Below the pieces are notes generated by a model. It was not told the origin of the DNA, made no database searches, and saw only the letters and a list, made by a program, of their open reading frames with translations. A stretch of 64,000 nucleotides of DNA, from assembly GCA_030770535.1 (NCBI GenBank), contig JASVEC010000019.1:868001-932000 (forward strand), in the 5' to 3' direction. Source of the DNA: Batkoa obscura (lineage: Eukaryota). Of the stretch, positions 1 to 11,923 are shown piece after piece; the first letter of the stretch is position 1, and each line of letters begins with the position of its first letter. The translations under genes were made by a program, and so were the position numbers.

Positions 1-471
1 GTACATTTTGATATTAGAAATTTAAAATTTAGATCACAAATTACTTCTATAACAATAATAAGTTTCACAAAGTAATTACAATATATTTAATTCTTTGCCC
101 TAGAATTCTTAAACTGCAACATTATTTTAAGAGTATACTTTTACAACTGAATCAATTTTTATACGGCGATTTTTTAGCTTATAAACATAGAGTAATAATA
201 AGTAATTCAGAACTTTCATTTCGTTATACAAGCTTTGATTATCTTAAAAAACTAATTTGTTTGAACTATCCGATTTACAATAGATTAATGATACGAGGGT
301 GTTTGTAATCAAATCATGAATTCTAAAAATAATAAAGTATAGGAACTCCCTTTTGTAATGAAAAACAATCAAAAGTTATTTTTATGAAATAATTATAAAA
401 GATCTGCCAACTTAATATTAATACTAAAAATAAAGCTCACTACTATATTCTAGTTTATTTTTATATAGTAT

Positions 472-1346
472 TTAACTATTATATAAACTGTTATCCTGCT
501 TCTCCGATTTTAAATAATTAAATAGAGCATCTCTTAGCTTATGTATCAGAATTAAAAGTAGGCCATATATTAACTCAGCAATGAATGCGAAAGCGAAAGT
601 GAGTATAGAAAACAAGGGATGCTTATTATAATCCATAAAGAAATAGGTCCATACACCGAATCTAAATTAAGTAAGTCAAGGAAACAAAAAAGAAACATTA
701 AAACTTACACTTCATGAATTATAATAGATAAGACTAAATAAAATATAGAAAATAACTGTACAAAGAATACAAATACAAAATAAAACTTGGCTTTGGTTAA
801 TAAAAACTCAATCGAAATGATGATATAGTTAAAACCATGCATCGAGGTAGTTAAAAACAAATAGGTGGAGTTATGGTTACTATTATAATCCTCTTTAAAC
901 AACAAAGACCAATATGTCAATGAGATCAAAAAAGCAAACACTAAATTAGTATGGTATAATAAACGTTGGGCAATAACTATTCCCGTTTTAGGCTGAAAAG
1001 CTTGATTAGGATCTCTTCTAACATAAACAATACTCAAATACAAAGACAACTAAAATAATATTAATATTCTAGTTCTTATCTATATTACTTATAAACTCAC
1101 CAATAAATAAACAAAAAGTGAATAAAAGGATATATTAGTCATATGACCAAAAATATTAATAAGGTCATTTGTATGGTAAACGATACAAATTACAATAACT
1201 ATAAATATATAAATAGTGAAGAAGGCTCTGATGAGTAACAGATGAAAAGGATTAATGAAATTGGAAGTAACAGAAAGTTCAGGATCGTTTTGATGAATAA
1301 CGAATCCACTTAAATAACTCTTAAAAAACTTATTATACTCTTTCAT
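472..1346 (-). CDS. Multi-pass membrane protein, FAR-17a/AIG1-like; 3 exons (1346-1101, 1049-709, 661-472)
   Basis: Two track ORFs join through GT-AG introns 1100-1050 and 708-662. Hydrophobic helices with 'HMTNISF', 'LTYWSLL', 'SMHGFN..IEFLL' and 'WTYFFMD'; stop TAA at 474-472. Confidence 0.7.
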
Positions 1347-2209
1347 TTACAATTAAGGCCAAAAGCACATTAAACATTAAATTATCAAAAAGTAAAATAG
1401 CTATTGTTTTTATTTTATATACATTCATTATCTCTCTGGTCTTACCGTAATAATATTACCTTTGTTTCACTCAAATGAATTCTTGCCTATTTATTTGTTA
1501 AGCATGTTAAATTTTTTTTCAAATCTTCAAATTATTTTGCTTTTGATTGTTTTTGTACCAAATTCAGATTCCTCCAAATCAGCTTTTAATTTATCATGAA
1601 ATCATATCAGTTAATTGGATTTAATATGGTGGCACTAGCACTCTATTAAATCTTACTGTATATGCTAGCATTTATTTAAGGTTAAGCCAATAGTAATAAT
1701 GAAATAAAGAAGTCATTAAATTTGTAATACATTATTGTTATAATGATGTTTTAATTAAATGGAATTTTATTAATATAGTTTTTGTTTGAAATTTTATACT
1801 AATTGAATTGTGTATAAAAATATTTTTAAATTGAATTTGAGGCTTTTAAATCGATAAATCCTTATTTGAGCATTACATCACCCCTTTTAAAACTGAATTG
1901 TTTTCTATGGGCTAAACGGCAAAGTAAAGAAAGGGAATGCTTGTATTGATATGTCTATATTTGAACTAAATTGATTATTTAAAAACATATAAAAATATTA
2001 CTAAATGAAACGATTTGGATTTGATAATTAATGATGATACTATTATATTAAAACAATTCAAAACTTATTTTGAATAATATATATCAAATAATAATTCAAA
2101 CTTAACTCTAGACACTTTGTTTAATATACAAAATACAAAACTGTTTTTATTTTTATTTTTATTTTTATTATAAATAATAGATGATTAACTAGTAACGCAA
2201 CGTATAAAC

Positions 2210-3631
2210 TCAACTTATAGTAAGAGTATCATCACTCTGCACCGTACTCTTTTTACCCCATCCATTTTTTATGAGGTACTCTCTTTTACTTTTACTTAAC
2301 TCGTTTTCGTTAAAGTGTTCTGACAACGTAGATAGTCGAAAATTAATCTCTTCGTCATCCATTTTGTTTGCAAAACTAAAAGAGGGAGGTTCAGCAATAA
2401 AAGGAGGTGGTGAACCCTTTGCTTTTTTCCTTCTTCTATATATAAAATAGATACCTAACCCTAATAAAATACCACCAACTACTCCAGCTATAATACCCCC
2501 TATTAAAGAGCCATCAACTTGGCTACCAGACTCTTGTACTTCTTGAGTAGTATTTAGCTTGTTTGTTACAGTTGAAAAGTTACCAACAGATTCCCAAGTA
2601 TTTGTGTTAATCAAATAAGTATAACCATTAGCTTCCTTATTATCATAACCAAACGAATAGATCAAATGATCTTTAAAATGAACAAAGCAAGCGCCATAAC
2701 GAGTACGAAAGTTATCTATCCTTTTAGCTTGCCATAAATTAGTTTCCATATTCAAGATATAAATTAGATTTCGATTGTTATCACTATAATACGAATCAAA
2801 AAAGTAGATATCGCCATTCGATTTGATATTTAATAATTTTAACTCTTTTTTTGGTATACTCTCAACATTTGAGTTCCTTAAATCTTTTTGAATTAGTTTT
2901 GTTTTCCCTTTAAATTCCAATTTGTTTAGTTTAGTAAACCCTATCTCTTTTCTATTCTTATCAACCCCTCCCATGTAATAATAATCTCCTTTATACATAA
3001 AATTAACTGGTGAATCGATATTTGTTTGAATAGGTATCTTTGTGAACTTTTTAGTATTTTCGTTATAAATTACTGTTGGTAAATACGTGATCTTAGGATC
3101 TCCTTTTAAATAATAATAATAACCCCCAGCTATAATAAATTCATTCAAGTTGATATCATTCTGTACTATAGTGAATCCTTCAATCATTAAATAATCCACT
3201 CTCTTTTTATCCACTCCAATTACTTCTAAAAATTGCTTTCCACTCCCATCTTTACTCCACTTTTTACTCTCAAAGTCATAATAAACAATATTCATCGGAT
3301 CTCCCTGGTCGTATACATAAAAATGAATAACTCTACTTGAATTCCCACCTAAATAAAACGAATATGGTGCCAGCATAACTGGACTTTCCTCACTTGCTTC
3401 CAACCTTTTGATGTCTGCTATGTTGCCGCTAACTCTTACCTCGGTTGATAAATCCAAATAATGAACGTTTTCGTTATAAGCGTCAACGTCGATATTCGGA
3501 GTAACCACCTTACCACCAAAATAATATACCTTATCCCTGGCTATGGTGCAACTAGCATCACTGAGCCTGACCACCTGCTGGCCAGTATATATCTGCAAAA
3601 TAAAGAATATAAATAATAAATAAAACGCCAT
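2210..3631 (-). CDS. Type I membrane kelch/galactose-oxidase-like beta-propeller protein
   Basis: Signal peptide, repeated 'YYFGG/IIAGG/YYMGG/YSFG' blades, TM helix 'LIGGIIAGVVGGILLGLGIYFIY' followed by RRRKK, cytoplasmic tail. Confidence 0.8.
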   Translation of the reverse strand: MAFYLLFIFFILQIYTGQQVVRLSDASCTIARDKVYYFGGKVVTPNIDVDAYNENVHYLDLSTEVRVSGNIADIKRLEASEESPVMLAPYSFYLGGNSSRVIHFYVYDQGDPMNIVYYDFESKKWSKDGSGKQFLEVIGVDKKRVDYLMIEGFTIVQNDINLNEFIIAGGYYYYLKGDPKITYLPTVIYNENTKKFTKIPIQTNIDSPVNFMYKGDYYYMGGVDKNRKEIGFTKLNKLEFKGKTKLIQKDLRNSNVESIPKKELKLLNIKSNGDIYFFDSYYSDNNRNLIYILNMETNLWQAKRIDNFRTRYGACFVHFKDHLIYSFGYDNKEANGYTYLINTNTWESVGNFSTVTNKLNTTQEVQESGSQVDGSLIGGIIAGVVGGILLGLGIYFIYRRRKKAKGSPPPFIAEPPSFSFANKMDDEEINFRLSTLSEHFNENELSKSKREYLIKNGWGKKSTVQSDDTLTIS

Positions 3632-4678
3632 CCTCGGATTTATTTAATCAAGCTTCTGTAGCATTTGATGATTTATGAATTTACATTAAAATGGTTCTTT
3701 AGAAAAGATCATTTTAATGTTACTTTAGCTTAGCAGGTTAAATTGGTTTTTGATTGGTGAGTTATTTGCTTCTTTTGGTAGTAATACTCTAGTGGATTAA
3801 GTTAAAACTATTAGGATTAGATATAGCCTATTACTTGTATAGGTGGATCCCATGCTTAATTTATGCAAATATAATATTTAAAAATACTAATTTACTTCAA
3901 TGTAATAATATAGGATAACAAATTGTGAATTTTATAGTTTATAGACATAGTATTTAACCTTAATAATACATTCTCTAAAATTCATTAATACACACTATTT
4001 TCATTTATAATCAATTGTATACTTTTCTAAAAAAGAGTGAATATTTTCTAATAAAGTTTGCCACTTGCTTGAAAAACTTGCAACTTCATATAAACTCAGG
4101 TAAATTTTTCGCATCTATAAATAAGAACGCGCAAAATTTTGTTGGAAAACGTTCACTTTTCTTATAAGCTATGTAAATCATAAGTGAAAATAGTGTATTA
4201 TGAAAAAAGTGAACCTTAAGAAAATACAAGTCTTTTAATAAACATTTTAATCCATAGAGTCTAATCTCATTGGTATAATACAATATTTTCAACTATCAAA
4301 TAGTGTCATTTAAACAATTTTATTTAGTAAATATTTCAAATTTTAAATATACCAAGCATACCTTTATTTTAATAAAACATTAATTATACTAATTTGGATA
4401 GCTTTAAAGTCAACTTTATTCAAAAGTGACGAGGTCTCTATAATAAAATAAAGTAAGTCGCAAAAAACAGTGTTATGTAGTCCAATGACAGCGTAATTAA
4501 TCTAATATTCACTGTACATCTAACAAATAGATCACCTCCCTTTTCAATTAACTTTAATTAATTATCATTTTTAAGCTAATTCCTCAAACTTACTCAAACC
4601 CAACTAAAAATTGCGAAATTTCAAACAATAAATAGGTCACTATTATGTGACTTTTCCTTAATTTCGTAATTTTGAAAA

Positions 4679-5593
4679 ATGACCTTCCGCAATGCTTTCC
4701 CACACCGCTTATTTGGCTCTTGTGTAGCCTGCTTCCTCGTTTTAATTGTATTGATCTCTTTAAGTAATAGGAATGAGCATTTGAGAAGTGATTTGGTTAA
4801 GAGATCTGTGAAAGAAGATGACAACAAAGTCCCAGTGGAATTATATGTAATGTCGAAATGCCCAGGTAACTTAAGTTCGAATTAAACTGTTTTCAATTAA
4901 CATTGAACTAGATGCTGTATTTTGTGAATCTGTCTTTTCGAATGTTAGTAAGTTGTTCTTTGGAGCTATGACATTAGGAGTGTATTAATTGAATAATTTA
5001 GTAACTGAGATTGGAGAAATTGTGGACCCAAGCCTCAACTTCATTGGGAGTTTAAACGAAACAGCAAAATATGGCACAAATTGTATGCACGGGGACACAG
5101 AAGTAAGTTTCATTTTTCTTAAAAAAATTAATTTGACTTATCCCTGAAAAGTGTCTCGGAAACATCCAAGAGTTATGTGCCCAAAGGGTATCCAAGAACT
5201 GGTATTCGTTTGTATTATGCATGAACAAAGATTTCAGAAAAATTGGTGTTGATGATACAATTACTGATAACTGTCTAAAATTTTCTGGCATCAACAAAAA
5301 GAGGTTTGATCATTGCGTCGATAGGAGGGGTAAAACTCTTTTGACAAGAAATGTTAAAAGATCAATTAACCTTGGGTTAAAGTAATCCGATTAATTCTTA
5401 TTAAATCAATATTAATCATTATTTTAGCAAAAGTTGCACAATCCTTATTAATCGCGGAGAATACAAATGCATCCATGATGGTACTTGGAAAGAATGCTCC
5501 GGAGGATACCAAGTCGATGATTTCGTAAGACAAATTTGCATCTCTTACGAGGGTAAAAATATTTCCCCTCGTTGTAAAAAATATTTTAAATGA
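4679..5593 (+). CDS. GILT-like (gamma-interferon-inducible lysosomal thiol reductase family) protein, about 5 exons
   Basis: Spliced translation gives 'VPVELYVMSKCPDAVFC', the signature 'CMHGDTECLGNIQELC', 'KSCTILIN' and 'CIHDGTWKEC'. N-terminal signal/anchor; TGA at 5591-5593. Confidence 0.85.
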
Positions 5594-5876
5594 AGCTATC
5601 CTTATTGAAATACTGTGTTTTTTAATTTTCTAAATTTAATTTAAGAAATGTCCTAGATCCAAGAATAAAAGGCTCAACATGCTATAGTTGATTTTATCAA
5701 TGAGATACCCGGCTATGTTGTTTAAAATAAAGAATCTCAAAATATAGCAAAGAACTAACTTTTAGTATAGATACCACGGCAAAGTTCATATTTAATCGCA
5801 TATTTTTAACATGAGACTTTTTACAAAATTGTTTTAATAGCTCAGTTGTCAAAAATGCCTAAACCAAGCAATATAT

Positions 5877-5976
5877 AGGGATGTTTTTTTTTGACTTCAT
5901 CATTTTTTCCATCTTTTAAGCACTATTTGAGCAGAAAAATTGTTATTAAAATTCTTAAATACAAAAACACATCCAT
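5877..5976 (-). mobile_element. MITE family A copy (strand arbitrary)
   Basis: AGGGATGT...ACATCCAT ends, ATAT on both flanks, internal sequence shared with the other copies. Confidence 0.85.
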
Positions 5977-6033
5977 ATATGCTAAATACAAGAATACAAG
6001 TAGATATTGAAACATTAATTTTTATTATGAATA

Positions 6034-7215
6034 TTAGTTTAGACAAATTATAAATGGGGCCACTAAAAGAAGGATAGAAAAGCCGAAAACTCCAGTATTA
6101 CTACTGTTACTAGAATTGCCTTTCTTGCTACTTGCTTCCATTTGTGAAGAGGTGATAGAAGTTGAATTAATACTATCTACAAGTTTGTTATTGTTAACGT
6201 CAATTAAATAGACAGAGTTAGTAGCTTGTTCCTTTTCAAATCCAAAAGAAGAGATTATTACTCCATTATTGTAAACTGAGCAAGCTTTATTCTTTGGCTT
6301 GAAATCAAAAATAGTTTTTTTCTCCCACTCATTGGAATTCAAGTATAAAACATAGACCTGATCTTCATCTTTTTCTGTATAATAGGAATTAAAAAAATAG
6401 ATACTATCTTCTACTCTAACAGTTTCGAAATTATAAAACGTATTGTTAGGTGCATCTCCTCTCAGTTCAATTTTATTCACTAAATTCTTTTTGATGTTTA
6501 CTTTGGTCATAAAGCTATACTCGTTTTCATCTCCTTTTTCGTCTTTACCACCTATTATATAGTAATCGCCCTTATAAACGAAAGAAGACTGGTAACTAAC
6601 CTTTGGTACCTTAGTTGAAATTTTACTATATTGTTTCAATTTCTGGTCATATTTAATCAAAGGTAAATAGTTTGCCTTATCTACCTTCTCTTTTAGAGAG
6701 TAATAAAAACCACCAAAGATAAAAAACTCATCCACATTGACATCGCTTTGTACAATATTGAAACCCTCAACATGTAAATAATCCACTTGATTCTTGTTAA
6801 TTCCTGCTAACTCAATGTACTTTTCATCCCTTTTTTCTTTACTCCAGCTATTCCTTTTAGCATCATAATAGTTAATACTAATAGGTAACCCCTCATCAAA
6901 TATGTAAAAATTGATGGCTTTATTGCTATTATTCCCCAATGAGAAGGAATATGGATTGACCATAGCTGGTGCCTTTTCATTAGATTCTTCACTTTGAATG
7001 GGTGCTAAATTAGACTCTGTTTTAATTCCCTTAGACATGTCTAAAGAGTATACCTTTTGGTTGTAGGAGTCAACTTGGAATGTAGTAGATAATAATTTGC
7101 CACCAAAATAGTAGACTTTATCATTGATTAAAGTGCATCCATGATTGGTAAGTTGTGGTAGACTGGCGTCTTGACAGAGCACTATATTTACTATTAGGAG
7201 TAAGAAAAAATACAT
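6034..7215 (-). CDS. Secreted kelch-type beta-propeller, probably GPI-anchored; paralogue of 2210-3631
   Basis: Shares 'DKVYYFGGK', 'VDYL..EGF.IVQ.D.N..EF' and 'YKGDYY..GG.D' with 2210-3631. Ends in a Ser-rich stalk and a terminal hydrophobic tail with no cytoplasmic domain. Confidence 0.8.
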   Translation of the reverse strand: MYFFLLLIVNIVLCQDASLPQLTNHGCTLINDKVYYFGGKLLSTTFQVDSYNQKVYSLDMSKGIKTESNLAPIQSEESNEKAPAMVNPYSFSLGNNSNKAINFYIFDEGLPISINYYDAKRNSWSKEKRDEKYIELAGINKNQVDYLHVEGFNIVQSDVNVDEFFIFGGFYYSLKEKVDKANYLPLIKYDQKLKQYSKISTKVPKVSYQSSFVYKGDYYIIGGKDEKGDENEYSFMTKVNIKKNLVNKIELRGDAPNNTFYNFETVRVEDSIYFFNSYYTEKDEDQVYVLYLNSNEWEKKTIFDFKPKNKACSVYNNGVIISSFGFEKEQATNSVYLIDVNNNKLVDSINSTSITSSQMEASSKKGNSSNSSNTGVFGFSILLLVAPFIICLN

Positions 7216-7762
7216 GATTTAGAGTAAACCTGGATTATTTTTTAAAATTCATCTTACAATTTAGATGATTATGTATAAGTAGCCAATAATGAATGAAATA
7301 ACTAATAATATTAATATCACATAAAAGTAATTCTTAGTTATGGAATAAAGATAGCACATTTTTAAAAAATAGATTCTATTTTTTCTAAATTTGTAGCTTT
7401 GTTATATTATAAAATCAGCTCTAACGGGTTTAATAAATTGTTCACTACTTTTAGTATTTTCTTGAGTTCGAAATGTGATTCAAAATTTAATAAAACAAAA
7501 ACAAGCCGTAAAAATTTTTTAACATTATTATGACTTCAAATTATAATTTTTAAATAAAGCGTCAGTCTATGGCAGGTTCAAATCTTTAAAACACAAGCAA
7601 GCTCTTTACATAGCTCTATGAATAATTCAAACCAGAGAGTGTTGAAATTACTGGTGATAAAGTACGCTTTAATTAAGAATTCGAATAAAAATCCGAATAA
7701 AAATCCAGTGACAGTGTATCAGAAAGTTAGTAAATAGTCAGATATAACAAAAAAGATGATAT

Positions 7763-7859
7763 GGGGATGTATTTTTCTGTTTAAGAATTTTGCTAACAAC
7801 TTTTCCTCTCAAATAGCGCTTAAGATAGAAAAAGTAATGAAGCCAAAAAAAACACCCCC
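7763..7859 (+). mobile_element. MITE family A copy
   Basis: GGGGATGT...ACACCCCC; flanks ATAT/ATAC. Confidence 0.85.
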
Positions 7860-8782
7860 ATACCTTGAAATTTTAAAGACAATTTATTGGTTGCAATAAA
7901 AATAATATAAATTGTTTTTAATATTTAACAGAAAAGTAGTACAGTTGCTTCAATTATAAAATTTATTTGCCCTTTTAACTACCACTCTGCTTTTAGAAAC
8001 TTTGATTTTTATTTGTTGTTTTACTTATTGAAGCTGTAGCATAAACAACATTTAATAAGACTGTTGATTAAAAGTAGAAGCTTCTTTTGGGTTATCTTAA
8101 ATTGAAATGTTCTTCCATTAAGCTACTTTTTAATAGCATCCCAATCACTTGGCATTTTGCAGTCTACAAAAGTCATCTCCCGACTCACAAGTTACCAAAT
8201 TAGATAAATATTAATTAGCTTTTTAAACTATAATTAGTTGCAACTATGAATAGATGATTAAGACTATGTTATAGTCAAGTAAATAGAAGCTATATCCTTC
8301 GAAAAACAAGGAAGTTGGGAGCTTTTACTTGCAAGGTTCATAAAAATAGGAACTATCATCCGAAAATAGCAACAACTATCTGATAATAGATATTTTGTTT
8401 TAAACCTATTGAAGTTATTTGCCTTCTATAGATAAAAGTGGAGTATTATTTTTAATTTCAATAGTATTCTTAATATATTTAAAATGCTAATTTACTATTA
8501 TAAAAATGATAAAATGATGATTTAAGACAAACCATACTTTTGTTTGACATTTAGGTCTTTTAACATAAACTTAACAACCTATATTTTGATTAAAATAATC
8601 TCAACCATTTTATAAATATTGTTTTAACCCAACTTTATGCAGAGAAATATCCTTTTTCCAGCCCTAAATAGAAACCTTCATCAATTTATATCATTTTGAT
8701 TTAATCATAGAACACGAATAAACCTTTGAAACTTAAATTAACTTTTCTTTTTTTACAAATTTAATTTTATAATCCCTTTTTG

Positions 8783-10600
8783 ATGGATTATATAGCGGCA
8801 ATCAATGCCAATGCAAACCATTTAGTCAAATTAAAAGTACGAAAAAGACGCAATCGAGGGCCGAAACCTCGAGGGCCGAAACCACAAGTATGTGATTTAT
8901 GTCAGCTGAGGAAAGTAAAATGTGACAAAGTATTACCGCGCTGCTCTTTTTGCCAAAAGATGAATAAGCCTTGCACTTATGATAGAAATGGTTTCTATGA
9001 TGAAGCTAGTAGCAATAATTATAACTCGATAAAGTTTATAAGCGGAAGCCAAACAAATGTATTTTATTCAATGAAATCAAGACTTTCAGCAAACTTTACC
9101 ATCAACTCATTGATAAATACATCGCGCTATAAACTGGTACTCCATCCAGATGGTAGGTACTCATACTTTGGTCCCAGTATGGCTACCTATTATTTCACGA
9201 ATTCATCACACTTATTTAATGACTTGATATCAAATTCAAGGATAGTAACTTATTCCAAAAAGTATTCAGGGGATATAAAAATAGAAATAACACCAACAAT
9301 CACACTTCAATTGATCGAATTATATTTTGCACATCTAAACAACTTTTTTCCATTAATAAATCCAACCTCTTTTTATTCACAGCTCAATAATGCAAAAAAA
9401 CATGATCACCCATTCTTGGCACTGTTAAATATAGTTTGTCTAAGCGGTGCTTCTTATTACCCCAATCGTACAGTGGCTAGAATCATTTCTACTTATTATG
9501 CTAGTAAAGTTCAAACTTACTTTAAGAAAATTTACCTCAAGCCAAGTTTAAATTCCATACAGGCCTATCTTTTGGCTTCATATCATATTTCTTTATGTGA
9601 GAATGATACGGTTATAGAAAATGCATGGTATTACCTAGGTCTTGCTAAAAGAATGCTTTCAATATTCTATTATCAATCTTCGCCAATAAGAAGTCAACAT
9701 GTGAATAGCTCTTTTGAGAATCAAAGTTGGATTATGTTCTGTTGTGAGGCAATTTTATCCTATTCTTTTGGAAGGCCTAATTATATTACACAAGATGAAA
9801 CTTCGCTTTCAAAAGCGAAGTTTTATTTACCTTCTGTTAATTTTACAGCGGCCAACATCTTTTTAGTTAAAGAGTTAGCTAGTTTAGATCCCACTCTCAA
9901 CTTAAAATTTTTTAAGCAATTTTGTTATCATTGTATATTTCTATCTCAATGGAGTATACTTAAAGATAATTATGGCCTAGGCAATGGTTCTAAACTTCGC
10001 TTAAATTATGAGTCAAAGCAACAACTACTCAATGACTCAATAAAAAACCATGTGTATTTACTTGAAAATGAAGCCATCCGCTGGTATTTACGCCTGCCAA
10101 GATTTGATTCTGGAAGAACCAACCCAGATGCTATGCAATTACCTAATGGTAAAGACATCCATAAATCTTATCTAGCTGCACTTCATTTCAGTTTTTTGAT
10201 TGATTTAAATAAGCCTTTCATCACCAAAGCTCAGACCGTGGGATTAGCAGTGCCAATCGGAGACTCATTATCACTTGAAGATTACTATTCGAAAAACTCG
10301 TTGGAGCGATGTCTCCTATGTGCCTTCTTTGGTACGCAAGTGGTTATGGATTCTAATGAGAGGATTGTTGAGATAGCCATTCCCTTCTTTTGGTATTGTG
10401 CATTACAGTTTACCTTTATATTTGTTTATGTAATTAGAAATTTTGAGAAAAATCACTGGGCATTAAACCCTTCCAGAAAGAATGGCTTATTTCTTTATAG
10501 ATTGATCGAAAAATATTCAGATAAATGGGTGTTAACTAGAGATACATTTCAAATTGTGCAGTCGATACTGGTTGAGGGAGAAAGCTTCTTTTTCAATTAA
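8783..10600 (+). CDS. Zn(II)2Cys6 fungal transcription factor with middle homology region, intronless
   Basis: 'CDLCQLRKVKCDKVLPRCSFCQKMNKPC' zinc cluster; MHR motifs 'LIELYF..LN.FFPLI', 'AWYYLGLAKRM' and 'FGRP'. Confidence 0.92.
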   Translation: MDYIAAINANANHLVKLKVRKRRNRGPKPRGPKPQVCDLCQLRKVKCDKVLPRCSFCQKMNKPCTYDRNGFYDEASSNNYNSIKFISGSQTNVFYSMKSRLSANFTINSLINTSRYKLVLHPDGRYSYFGPSMATYYFTNSSHLFNDLISNSRIVTYSKKYSGDIKIEITPTITLQLIELYFAHLNNFFPLINPTSFYSQLNNAKKHDHPFLALLNIVCLSGASYYPNRTVARIISTYYASKVQTYFKKIYLKPSLNSIQAYLLASYHISLCENDTVIENAWYYLGLAKRMLSIFYYQSSPIRSQHVNSSFENQSWIMFCCEAILSYSFGRPNYITQDETSLSKAKFYLPSVNFTAANIFLVKELASLDPTLNLKFFKQFCYHCIFLSQWSILKDNYGLGNGSKLRLNYESKQQLLNDSIKNHVYLLENEAIRWYLRLPRFDSGRTNPDAMQLPNGKDIHKSYLAALHFSFLIDLNKPFITKAQTVGLAVPIGDSLSLEDYYSKNSLERCLLCAFFGTQVVMDSNERIVEIAIPFFWYCALQFTFIFVYVIRNFEKNHWALNPSRKNGLFLYRLIEKYSDKWVLTRDTFQIVQSILVEGESFFFN

Positions 10601-10795
10601 GCTGATAGGGTTAAATAAATAAAATAACCTTTTTTTAATTTTTAAAATCACACAAATGTCCCTAGTTTATACTTCATTAAAACAAATTGACTACAAACAC
10701 AAAACCATTTTTAGCAGACTATTTTTACTACTGCTTTGGCTTTAAAGTTATAAGAACAAATGTTTTTAACTACCAAAGTCACTTATAAGACATAT

Positions 10796-10875
10796 AGGGA
10801 TGTAATTTTTTGTTTAAGAATTTTGCTAACAATCTTTTTGCTTAAGTAGTGCTTAAAGGATGGAAAAAGTAAAGA
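10796..10875 (+). mobile_element. MITE family A copy, truncated at right end
   Basis: AGGGATGTAATTTTTTGTTTAAGAATTTTGCTAAC... matches the family; no right TIR. Confidence 0.75.
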
Positions 10876-11164
10876 AAAAGCATAACTATATGCGTTAATT
10901 CATTAGCTATTCCTTTTTCTTATCCACATTTAACGGCTAATCGCTTTCTTCATTATTTAATTTCTTCTAACACTTTTAAACAAGCATTACTTTGAGTCAA
11001 ATTTTACTTGTTATACGCTCCAATTTACATATGACAATTAAGCTACAACGCTGTTTAACCCACTGCATATTAGAAAATAAGCATTGGTGATTAGAGAACA
11101 GTTATAAATGGAAATCCCTTACCTTTCATACACTAACAAAAAAGGCAGTAATTTCAACAGAAGC

Positions 11165-11250
11165 TTAATTTCGTCCCATATCTGAAAAGAACGTTCTGGA
11201 AGTTCTCTTTTCTGTGACTTTTATAGTTTATTTCAAAACCATAACCTTAG
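11165..11250 (-). pseudogene. Possible Tc1/mariner transposase relic (first catalytic Asp region)
   Basis: With one frameshift it reads RLWFEINYKSHRKENFQNVLFRYGTKL, with the same spacing as the Tc1 consensus RLxFAxxHxxWTxEDWxNVLFSDETKF; the SDE itself is lost. Confidence 0.4.
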
Positions 11251-11776
11251 CTTTTTACTTTTTTAAATAGAAAAGTTATCTATAGGTTAATAAGTAAACC
11301 ATATTAAAAAAATCATTTAAACAAAGGTAGCTTTTTTTGGTGTTTTTAACTATAGTTATAATCTCTAACTCAGATATTACTTTTATTTCTATAGTTTATG
11401 AAATAGGGTGTTAAACTTTTTAGTTAAAAATGCTTTTAATGGAAATAAATCCGCTGCAAGTTCTTTTTAGTATTTCACTTATTTAATATTAACTATTTAT
11501 TACTTTAAAAATACATTCGTGTTTATCTATACCTTATCCACAAAAATGACCACAGCAATAGCAGCTTTTTTCGAACTTTTGACCTCTCTGCTAAGATTGC
11601 TTTTTGGTTGCTCAAATCGAATAAAAACCATCTTAAATCTAGAATTTGTAAGAATAAATTAATCTATTCGTCAAAATATAGTTTTAAAAAAGGCAATATA
11701 AATTTTATGCTCTTAATATCATCTGGGGATTTTGACTTTGAATGTTTTTTGAAAAAAGGCACTAAAAATTGAATAA

Positions 11777-11923
11777 TACTAGGAAAGGTCCTAAGTAATT
11801 ACTTCCAAAAATTGATTTATTTAGTAAAGTACGATAGGATTTTTGCTAAATTAAGTAAATGTTTTTTCGTAATTCACTAAATAAATGATTTCTGGGAGTA
11901 ACTACCTGATATCTCTTCTAGTA
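11777..11923. mobile_element. TA-flanked hairpin element (decayed MITE-like), ~55-bp inverted arms
   Basis: TA|CTAGGAAAGG...TAAAGTACGA pairs with TCGTAATTCA...CTCTTCTAG|TA. Confidence 0.65.

Noticed and set aside
1228..1250. CTGATGAG...GAAA hammerhead-like match
   Set aside because: Antisense to a coding exon, with no credible stems.
4850..4930. GILT active site CPDA rather than CxxC as a novelty
   Set aside because: As far as I recall this variant is usual in fungal GILT-like proteins.
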